Below, piece after piece: positions 1 to 5,084 of a DNA stretch of 10,251 nt. The notes beneath the pieces were generated by a model. The model had not been told where the DNA came from. It searched no databases and worked only from the letters and a program-made list of their open reading frames with translations. Where the stretch lies: the NCBI GenBank assembly GCA_016871095.1, contig VFZS01000136.1, positions 1 through 10,251 of the forward strand, written 5' to 3'. This DNA is from Acidobacteriota bacterium. GTDB taxonomy: Bacteria; Acidobacteriota; Terriglobia; Bryobacterales; Bryobacteraceae. Both the position numbers and the translations under genes were made by a program. The first letter of the stretch is position 1. Each line of letters begins with the position of its first letter.

Positions 1-273
1 GTAGATCTCGGCGTTGCCGGCGGCGGCCTCGCCGATCTCGCTGCGGACCTTGCCGGGCAACTGGATCGTCTCCTTCCATACCTCCTCGCGGATCTGCTTG
101 CCGCCCCCAAACACCCTGACCTTCTGGACCAGCTCGAGGTTGGAGTACCACTTGCCCTGGTAACGCTGGTACATGGCCCGGATCACATCCGCGCCGCTGG
201 CCGGCGCCGGGGGAGGGCTGCCAGAAAGGGCCGCCGTCAGGAGCAGAGTGAATGTGCTGGTCTTCATGGTCAT
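1..273 (-). CDS. Hypothetical exported protein, partial. The N-terminus is at 273 and the C-terminal part runs off the left edge of the window.
   Basis: The reverse complement of 1-273 is an open frame starting ATGACCATGAAG and translating to MTMKTSTFTLLLTAALSGSPPPAPASGADVIRAMYQRYQGKWYSNLELVQKVRVFGGGKQIREEVWKETIQLPGKVRSEIGEAAAGNAEIY. The N-terminus is signal-peptide-like (hydrophobic stretch followed by small residues). The gene is divergent from nfeD. It is absent from the ORF track, probably because it lacks a stop codon in the window. The codon usage is GC3-rich like the real genes nearby. Confidence 0.5.
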   Translation of the reverse strand, partial: MTMKTSTFTLLLTAALSGSPPPAPASGADVIRAMYQRYQGKWYSNLELVQKVRVFGGGKQIREEVWKETIQLPGKVRSEIGEAAAGNAEIY

Positions 274-339
274 TGGGAACCGGTTCACCATTGTCGAACA
301 CTCCAGGTATGGATGTGTAATCGCGGCGTGTGCCCGAGG

Positions 340-398
340 GTGTATACTGTGAAGGGCCGCGAAGCCGCATGCCGGCCCGCTAGACTGCGCGCGCGGAG
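340..398 (+). promoter_or_regulatory. Upstream region of the nfeD-flotillin operon, with a Shine-Dalgarno sequence and a candidate -10 element
   Basis: GGAGGTG lies at 386-392, 6 nt before the nfeD ATG at 399. TATACT at 343-348 is a plausible -10 hexamer, but no convincing -35 was found. The 125-bp divergent intergenic region (274-398) separates nfeD from the partial exported-protein gene. Confidence 0.3.
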
Positions 399-968
399 GT
401 GCCGCCGATGGCTGGATTCTTCACGCAGTTCTCCGCCCTGAGCATCTTCCTGGGGATCGCCGCCATCGGCTTTCTGTTCCTGCTGATCTCGCTGGTGTTC
501 GGCGAGATCTTCGAGCACCTGGGAGGCGGATTCGATCACGACGGCGGGCTGGATCACGCCCTGGACCACGGGGGTCCGGGCATCTTCAGCACCCGCATCC
601 TGGCCGTTTTCGTGACCGCGTTCGGAGGCTTCGGGGCCATCGGAACGCATTACGGAATGGGCCCGCTGCCTGCCTCGGGCCTGGGATTCGGCAGCGGCGT
701 GGTCTTCGCGTCCATCATTTATGCCTTTGCGCGCTTCCTGTGGGGCCAGCAGGCCAGCACCGAGGTGCGCACCGCGGACCTGGTGGGGCAGACCGCCCGG
801 GTGGTGGTGGGCATCCCGGCGGGCGGAATCGGCCAGGTGCGTTGCCGGCTGGGCGAGGGGCTCATCGACAAACTGGCCCGGGCTCAGGCCGACGAGGCCA
901 TTCCGGAGAACGCTGTGGTGCGCATCGAAGAGGTGCTGGGGGAAACCGTGATTGTCCGTAGACCTTAG
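399..968 (+). CDS. nfeD: NfeD-like membrane protein. It is the short YuaF/YqiJ type, with an N-terminal transmembrane region and a C-terminal OB-fold domain.
   Basis: The 189-aa ORF has three hydrophobic helices (FSALSIFLGIAAIGFLFLLISLVF; ILAVFVTAFGGFGAIG; GLGFGSGVVFASIIYAFARFLW). These are followed by a soluble C-terminal segment, VGQTARVVVGIPAGGIGQVRCRLGEGLIDKLARAQADEAIPENAVVRIEEVLGETVIV, typical of the NfeD C-terminal beta-barrel. It lies immediately upstream of an SPFH/flotillin gene, the canonical nfeD-floT pairing. There is a good SD. Confidence 0.8.
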   Translation: MPPMAGFFTQFSALSIFLGIAAIGFLFLLISLVFGEIFEHLGGGFDHDGGLDHALDHGGPGIFSTRILAVFVTAFGGFGAIGTHYGMGPLPASGLGFGSGVVFASIIYAFARFLWGQQASTEVRTADLVGQTARVVVGIPAGGIGQVRCRLGEGLIDKLARAQADEAIPENAVVRIEEVLGETVIVRRP

Positions 969-1004
969 CGTGCGGTTGTGGTTCTCAAAGGAGGGTTGCC
1001 CGTG

Positions 1005-2585
1005 ATGGAAGAGACGCTCTTCACCGAGTTTTCCCGCTTGTTGCTCCCGGTAGTGGTCCTGCTGGTGGTGATGGGTCTGTTCATTGCCGCCTGGCTGTTC
1101 AGCCGGAACTACCTGAAAGTATCGCCGAACGCCGTGGCCGTGCTGAGCGGCCGCAAGCGCAAGCTGGCGGACGGGCGGGTGGTGGGGTATCGCATGGTCA
1201 AGGGCGGAGCGGCCTTGAAGTTCCCGCTGCTGGAGAAGGTCGAGTATCTCTCCCTGAACGTAATGACCATCCCGCTGGAGATCAAGCGGGCGTATACGCT
1301 CAAGGGCGTGCCGGTCTCGGTCAAGGCGGTGGCCAACGTCAAGATCCGCAGCGACGACACCTCGTTGCAGGCCGCCGCCGAGCGCTTCCTGAGCATGACC
1401 CACGATCAGACTCAGAAGGTCATCTACCAGACGCTGGAAGGCCACTTGCGCTCCATCCTGGGAACCCTCACGGTGGAGGAGATCAACTCCGACCGGCAGA
1501 GCTTCGCGCAGAAGCTGACCAGTGAGGCGGCGGTGGATCTGGAGAAGATGGGCATCGGGGTGGACGTGCTGACCATCCAGGAGATCAGCGACGAGGAAGG
1601 CTACCTGGACGCGCTGGGCAAGCGCCGCACCGCCGAGGTCAAGCGCGATGCCACCATCGGCGAGGCCGAGGCCACCCGCGACGCCAAAATCAAATCCGCT
1701 CAGGCCCTCCAGGAAGGTGAGCGCGCCAAGTTCGCCGCCGACGCCGAGATCGCCCAGGCGGAGCGCGATTTCCAGATCCGGCAGGCCCAGTATCGAGCGG
1801 AAGTGGATACGCAGCAGGCGCGCGCCAAGCAGGCGGGTCCCTTGTCGGAGGCCCAGGCGCGCCAGGCGGTCGTGGCCGAGGAGGTCAAGGTCGAGTGCAC
1901 TCGCACGCAGGAATTGATCTCCGTGCAGGAGCAGGAGGTCCAGCGCAAGCAGAAGGAACTGGAAGCCACCGTCATCAAGCCCGCCGACGCCGAGCGGCAG
2001 GCCGCCATCGTCCGCGCCGAAGCCGCCAAGCAGGCCGCCATCCTCGAGGCCGAAGGCCGCCGTTCCGCGCTCATCGCCATGGCCGAGGCCGAACAGGAGA
2101 AACTGCGCAAGGAAGGCTTCGGAAGGGCCGCCGCCGTTGAGGTCGAAGGCAAGGCCGAGGCGTCCAGGATCGAGGCTGTGGGCCTGGCCCAGGCCAAGGC
2201 CATCGAAGCTCAGGGCGTCGCCGAAGCCGCCGCCATCCTGCGCAAGGCCGAAGCCTGGCAGCAGTTCAACGAGGCCGCCAAGCTCCAGACCATTCTGGAT
2301 AAGCTGCCGGCCATCTTGCAGGCTTCCACAGGCATCTTCGGAGCGGTGGCCGCGCCGCTGGGCAACATCGACAAGCTGGTGGTCATCGACCAGGGCGGTG
2401 GCGACGGCGGTGGCAGCGGAGCCGCGCGCCTGGCCAAGACCGGTCCGGCCATCGTGTTCAACCTGCTCCAGCAACTGGAGGCCCTGGGACTCAACCTCCC
2501 CGCCGTCGCCGCGCAGCTCGGCCTGAACATGTCCACCGGCGCCGCCAAGGAAGCGGAAAAACCGGAGCAGAAGACCGCCGGATGA
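1005..2585 (+). CDS. floT: Flotillin-like SPFH/Band-7 domain protein (FloT/YuaG-like)
   Basis: The product has an N-terminal TM helix (LLLPVVVLLVVMGLFIAAWLF), then an SPFH domain (VVGYRMVKGGAALKFPLLEKVEYLSLNVMTIPLEIKRAYTLKGVPVSVKAVANVKIRSDD...). A long Ala/Glu-rich coiled-coil (flotillin 'EA repeat') region follows, then a C-terminal tail. AGGAGG at 989-994 precedes in-frame GTG 1002 and ATG 1005. The track's GTG 978 start is less likely because it would overlap the SD. The gene lies 34-37 bp downstream of nfeD, consistent with an operon. Confidence 0.9.
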   Translation: MEETLFTEFSRLLLPVVVLLVVMGLFIAAWLFSRNYLKVSPNAVAVLSGRKRKLADGRVVGYRMVKGGAALKFPLLEKVEYLSLNVMTIPLEIKRAYTLKGVPVSVKAVANVKIRSDDTSLQAAAERFLSMTHDQTQKVIYQTLEGHLRSILGTLTVEEINSDRQSFAQKLTSEAAVDLEKMGIGVDVLTIQEISDEEGYLDALGKRRTAEVKRDATIGEAEATRDAKIKSAQALQEGERAKFAADAEIAQAERDFQIRQAQYRAEVDTQQARAKQAGPLSEAQARQAVVAEEVKVECTRTQELISVQEQEVQRKQKELEATVIKPADAERQAAIVRAEAAKQAAILEAEGRRSALIAMAEAEQEKLRKEGFGRAAAVEVEGKAEASRIEAVGLAQAKAIEAQGVAEAAAILRKAEAWQQFNEAAKLQTILDKLPAILQASTGIFGAVAAPLGNIDKLVVIDQGGGDGGGSGAARLAKTGPAIVFNLLQQLEALGLNLPAVAAQLGLNMSTGAAKEAEKPEQKTAG

Positions 2586-2614
2586 ACCGGGGCCTCGTCC
2601 CCGCTGCTTACCGG

Positions 2615-2636
2615 GTCCGCGGACCGCTCCGCGGTC
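2615..2636 (+). terminator. GC-rich hairpin downstream of the floT stop. It is a candidate intrinsic terminator with no T-tract.
   Basis: The sequence ccgcgga-ccgc-tccgcgg (7-bp perfect stem, 4-nt loop) lies at 2617-2634, 30 nt after the floT stop codon. There is no U-run after it, so it is weak by the E. coli model, though T-tracts are often absent in high-GC genomes. Confidence 0.2.
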
Positions 2637-2646
2637 GGCGTGGGCC

Positions 2647-2775
2647 TCACCCCGCCTTCAGCATCCCCACCACGGCGTTCACCAGGATGACCGCCATGCC
2701 CAGGGGGATCAGCCGCTTCCAGCCCACCTTCATGAGCTGGTCGTAGCGCAGGCGCGGCCAAGCGGCGCGGAAGCA
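2647..2775 (-). repeat. nuoH 3'-end copy A. It is the most complete copy (~125 bp) and has its own TGA stop.
   Basis: Copy A (2650-2770) aligns with the nuoH end (5089-5205) with only a few mismatches, most of them synonymous or conservative: ...cttcagcatccccaccacggcgttcaccaggatgaccgccatgcccagggggatcagccgcttccagcccaccttcatgagctggtcgtagcgcaggcgcggcca.... On the minus strand it encodes ...AAWPRLRYDQLMKVGWKRLIPLGMAVILVNAVVGMLKAG*, compared with the authentic ...ATWPRFRYDQLMNVGWKRLIPLGMAVILVNAVVGMLKG*. Confidence 0.8.
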
Positions 2776-2809
2776 GATCCCTCGGGAACGTTGGCGGGAT
2801 GCGGTTCGG

Positions 2810-3127
2810 CTACTGCTGTGGAAGACGCCGCACCACCCCATCCACCACCGTGATCAGCGCGTTCAGGCGCTCGTCGGTGTGTTGTTGCGTCTCGGCCAGC
2901 GTCAGCAGGGCAGCTCTCGTCTCCTGCTGGAACTGATCGAAGTGCTGGGCCAAACCTAGCTGATGCTCGGCCAGGCGCACCACCAAAGAACGCAACTCGG
3001 CGTGATCCTGCCGCAAGGCCGCCTGCTCCTTCTGCGTGGCCGCCTGCTGCTCTCTCATCTCCTGGAGGCCCGCCCAGAACTTGGCCTGCTGTTCCAGGAT
3101 GAACTCCATGGTGCGCTCGACATCCAT
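2810..3127 (-). CDS. Hypothetical 105-aa Q/E-rich helical (coiled-coil-like) protein. It is cargo of cassette 1.
   Basis: The ORF translates to MDVERTMEFILEQQAKFWAGLQEMREQQAATQKEQAALRQDHAELRSLVVRLAEHQLGLAQHFDQFQQETRAALLTLAETQQHTDERLNALITVVDGVVRRLPQQ. It lies cleanly between repeat copies A and B, in the same orientation as nuoH. An extended -10-like TGGTAGACT on the minus strand (3137-3145) sits 9 nt upstream of the ATG, so the mRNA may be leaderless. There is no SD. I do not recognise a family for this protein. Confidence 0.5.
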   Translation of the reverse strand: MDVERTMEFILEQQAKFWAGLQEMREQQAATQKEQAALRQDHAELRSLVVRLAEHQLGLAQHFDQFQQETRAALLTLAETQQHTDERLNALITVVDGVVRRLPQQ

Positions 3128-3136
3128 CGTGGTTCC

Positions 3137-3145
3137 AGTCTACCA
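3137..3145 (-). promoter_or_regulatory. Candidate extended -10 promoter element (TGgTAGACT) for the 105-aa gene
   Basis: The reverse complement of 3137-3145 is TGGTAGACT, which fits the TGnTAnnnT pattern. It is positioned so that transcription would start at about the ATG (3127). Confidence 0.25.
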
Positions 3146-3168
3146 CGCGGCGCACGCCGGCTGAGGCC

Positions 3169-3258
3169 TTACCACCCCTTCAGCATCCCCACCACGGCGT
3201 TCACCAGGATGACCGCCATGCCCAGGGGGATCAGCCGCTTCCAGCCCACGTTCGCCAC
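3169..3258 (-). repeat. nuoH 3'-end copy B. It is ~80 bp long, has a TAA stop, and diverges abruptly after the NVGWK codons.
   Basis: 3174-3250 (accccttcagcatccccaccacggcgttcaccaggatgaccgccatgcccagggggatcagccgcttccagcccacgttc) is identical to copy A over ~75 nt, apart from one position (acg versus acc). It then diverges abruptly. It encodes ...NVGWKRLIPLGMAVILVNAVVGMLKGW*. Confidence 0.8.
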
Positions 3259-3456
3259 CTGGAACGAGCCGCTGACCGCGCACGTGACCATCGGCGCGGC
3301 AATCAGGAGGACAAGAAGGATTGAATCGTTCTCGGCGCCATCCCCTCGGGGCTTCCCTGGGGGCAGGCCGGCCCCTGCTGAGGCCGCTCCAAACGGTGAT
3401 TCCACCAGGGTGCGGATCCTGGCTGGGCCCGAACCCCTGCCGTGCGGCTCCCAATC

Positions 3457-3465
3457 TGGTAGTCT
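3457..3465 (+). promoter_or_regulatory. Candidate extended -10 promoter element (TGgTAGTCT) for the coiled-coil gene
   Basis: TGGTAGTCT lies 23 nt upstream of ATG 3489. An SD-like AGGTGA (3478-3483) lies 5 nt before the ATG. The sequence is the same nonamer as on the minus strand at 3137-3145, differing at one position. Confidence 0.3.
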
Positions 3466-3488
3466 ATGCCGTTAGGCAGGTGATACGT

Positions 3489-4517
3489 ATGGCTGCGAAA
3501 ACCGTGAAGGCCCCCGCCCGCTCCAGGCGGTCTAAGACCGATGTTGCTGAGGAGTTCTCCGGCATCCGAAAGGAGGTCGAAGGCGCCCGGCTGGTTGCGG
3601 ACGCCAAGGCCGCGGAAGCAGCCGCCCTCCGCGAGACTGAAATCCGCCAGGCGGTCGAAGGACTCTCGGTCGAAACCGTAGTCCAGCGCATCTCCGGTCT
3701 CGGCCTTGAGATCTCGAGAGCCTTGTCGGAAGTCTCCTCCCGGCTGGCCGAGGAAGTGGAGCGTCTGGCCGCCGTGCGTGAGGCCGTCGCCATCGAGCGC
3801 AAAGAACTCGAGCGGCTGCATAAGATCGATGTCGCCGCCACCGCGCTCGATCAGATGGTGCAGGATTTCGTTCGCGAGAAGGAGCGGCTGGAGGCCGAGA
3901 TCGCGGCCGGGCGCACCGCGTGGGAGGAGGAAACCCGCGCTGCGGAGCGTGAGCGCCGCGAGCAGGAAGAAAGCCTGAAGAAACAGCGCCAGCGCGAAAT
4001 CGACGAGTACGAGTACAAGAAGACCCTCGAGCGCAAGAAGGCCCAGGACAAGTACGAAGAAGACCTGCGGCTTCTGGAAAGGAAGAATAAGGAGAAGCAG
4101 GAAGCTCTCGAGAAGGACTGGCAGCAGCGCGCGGCGGCTCTCCACGAAGGGGAACAAGAGCTGCTCGCTTTGCGCAAGGAGGTGGCGGAATTCCCGGCGC
4201 GTCTGCGGGCCGAGGTCGATCAGGCGGTGGCGCGGGCCCTACGGGAGACCGAAGCAAAGTCCCAGCAAGAGATTGTGCTTCTCAAGAGAGACGCCGAGTC
4301 GGAAAAGCGGCTGGCCGAATTGCGGGTTAATACGTTCGAGGAGTTGGTCGCCCGCCAGGCCACGCAGATTGCGGCACTCCAGAAACAGCTCGATGAGGCC
4401 AAGCAGCAGGTCCAGGACATCGCCCTGAAGGCCATCGAGGGCGCCTCCGGCGCCAAGGCGCTCGCCCACATCAACCAAATCGCCATGGAGCAGGCCAAGA
4501 GCCGCCCGCAAACTTAA
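3489..4517 (+). CDS. Hypothetical 342-aa coiled-coil protein, rich in K, E and R. It is cargo of cassette 2.
   Basis: The protein begins MAAKTVKAPARSRRSKTDVAEEFSGIRKEVEGARLVADAKAAEAAALRETEIRQAVEGL.... It continues through EEETRAAERERREQEESLKKQRQREIDEYEYKKTLERKKAQDKYEEDLRLLERKNKEKQEALEKDWQQR and ends ...QLDEAKQQVQDIALKAIEGASGAKALAHINQIAMEQAKSRPQT. There is heptad-like helical character throughout and no TM segment. The start is taken at ATG 3489 because it has an SD. The track's 3321 start would add 56 Pro/Gly/Arg-rich residues typical of off-frame GC-rich translation. GC is locally lower (about 52-60% around 3960-4140) because of AAG/GAG codons. Confidence 0.6.
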   Translation: MAAKTVKAPARSRRSKTDVAEEFSGIRKEVEGARLVADAKAAEAAALRETEIRQAVEGLSVETVVQRISGLGLEISRALSEVSSRLAEEVERLAAVREAVAIERKELERLHKIDVAATALDQMVQDFVREKERLEAEIAAGRTAWEEETRAAERERREQEESLKKQRQREIDEYEYKKTLERKKAQDKYEEDLRLLERKNKEKQEALEKDWQQRAAALHEGEQELLALRKEVAEFPARLRAEVDQAVARALRETEAKSQQEIVLLKRDAESEKRLAELRVNTFEELVARQATQIAALQKQLDEAKQQVQDIALKAIEGASGAKALAHINQIAMEQAKSRPQT

Positions 4518-4590
4518 GCGGGGCGGAGAACTGCACGGTGGTCAGGCCGACCCGAGCCGCCTGCCGTTCGCATCGGCGCGCACATGTGCA

Positions 4591-4692
4591 TGGCAGCCCC
4601 GTTCACCAGGATCACCGCCGTGCCCAGGGGGATCAGCCGCTTCCAGCCCGCGTTCATGAGCTGGCCGTAGCGCAGGCGCGGCCAGGTGGGCC
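4591..4692 (-). repeat. nuoH 3'-end copy C. It is ~100 bp long, more diverged, and lacks the stop-proximal ~25 bp.
   Basis: The copy reads cgttcaccaggatcaccgccgtgcccagggggatcagccgcttccagcccgcgttcatgagctggccgtagcgcaggcgcggccaggt. It shares the gatcagccgc and gcgcaggcgcgg variants with copy A rather than with the gene-attached end. It encodes ...WPRLRYGQLMNAGWKRLIPLGTAVILVNGAAM and then loses homology. It has no stop-proximal MLKG segment. Confidence 0.7.
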
Positions 4693-4699
4693 ACTGGCA

Positions 4700-4705
4700 T
4701 ATACT
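4700..4705 (+). promoter_or_regulatory. Candidate -10 hexamer (TATACT) upstream of the UPF0175-like gene
   Basis: TATACT lies ~55 nt upstream of ATG 4761. A strong SD, GGGAGGG (4747-4753), sits 7 nt before the ATG. No clear -35 was found. A sigma54-like TGGCAT..TGCA overlap was considered and rejected. Confidence 0.25.
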
Positions 4706-4760
4706 GGGTGCAGAACCACCCCCAGGCACGCGGGTTGCCTGAGGCAGGGAGGGCCCAGCG

Positions 4761-5021
4761 ATGAGCACGTTGACTGTTGAACTCGACCCGGAACTCGTGA
4801 CGCTGCTCGAGGGCCTTGAACGTCCGATCCAGGAGACCGCGCGCGAGCTGATCGTGCTGGAACTCTACCGAAGGGGAGCGGTCTCCAGCGGAAGGGCGGC
4901 CGAGTTGCTGGGGCTGTCACGGGAGTCCTTCCTCGACCTGGCCTCGCGGCTCGGCGTCCCGTATTTCCGCTTGACTGAGGCCGAACTGGAGCAGGAAGGC
5001 CGTCACAGCAAGTCCCTCTGA
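4761..5021 (+). CDS. UPF0175-family antitoxin-like small protein (86 aa). It is cargo of cassette 3.
   Basis: The translation is MSTLTVELDPELVTLLEGLERPIQETARELIVLELYRRGAVSSGRAAELLGLSRESFLDLASRLGVPYFRLTEAELEQEGRHSKSL. The segment ELYRRG-x-S-x-GRAAELLGLS-x-xxFLDLLxxxGVP matches the UPF0175 signature as I recall it (canonically ...LYRRGKISLGKAAELAGMSRWEFLELL..GIP). There is a strong SD. The gene is convergent with nuoH, and its stop lies 63 bp from the nuoH stop codon. Confidence 0.7.
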   Translation: MSTLTVELDPELVTLLEGLERPIQETARELIVLELYRRGAVSSGRAAELLGLSRESFLDLASRLGVPYFRLTEAELEQEGRHSKSL

Positions 5022-5084
5022 CAGGTTGCTCTGAGCGGCCGGCGAGAGAGGGGCTGGTGCCCGCGATCGAAGCGGCGCTGCCCA

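Noticed and set aside
978-1004. GTG 978 as the flotillin start
   Set aside because: A start at 978 would place the AGGAGG (989-994) inside the coding sequence. GTG 1002 or ATG 1005 sit 7-10 nt downstream of that SD, and ATG 1005 was chosen. The N-terminus is uncertain by one to nine codons.
285-2474. 729-aa minus-strand ORF covering the nfeD-floT region
   Set aside because: It is antisense to two genes with clear family signatures. Its translation is low-complexity and rich in Gly, Leu, Ala, Asp and Arg, typical of an open reverse frame in GC3-rich coding DNA. It has no start context.
2647-2841. Short minus-strand ORFs that run through the nuoH-end copies (2647-2841, 64 aa; 3169-3405, 78 aa with a hydrophobic stretch ILLVLLIAAPMV; 4514-4768, 84 aa)
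   Set aside because: These are reading-frame continuations of the duplicated nuoH C-terminal codons into unrelated upstream DNA. They have no convincing start or RBS. I treat them as gene-end fragments and repeats, not genes. The 78-aa one could conceivably be a small membrane peptide, but there is nothing to support that.
3321-3488. Upstream in-frame start (3321) for the coiled-coil gene, as given in the ORF track
   Set aside because: The extra 56 residues (MNRSRRHPLGASLGAGRPLLRPLQ...) are Pro/Gly/Arg-rich, non-helical and lack an SD. ATG 3489 has AGGTGA 5 nt upstream and begins the coiled-coil sequence.
3303-4511. Several minus-strand ORFs (3303-4157, 3532-4257, 3851-4177, 4220-4498, 4239-4511) and the plus-strand ORF 3706-3978, all overlapping the coiled-coil gene
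   Set aside because: They are antisense or off-frame to a gene with coherent heptad structure and an SD. Their compositions are Pro/Arg/Ser/Leu-rich, and none has an RBS.
4580-4589. Perfect 10-bp palindrome GCACATGTGC at the truncation boundary of copy C
   Set aside because: About ten perfect 10-bp palindromes are expected by chance in 10 kb. There is no second copy and no flanking symmetry, so it is probably coincidental.
4695-4712. Sigma-54-like promoter TGGCAT-N8-TGCA upstream of the UPF0175-like gene
   Set aside because: The GG to GC spacing is two nucleotides longer than the -24/-12 consensus. The overlapping TATACT sigma-70-type -10 is a simpler reading.
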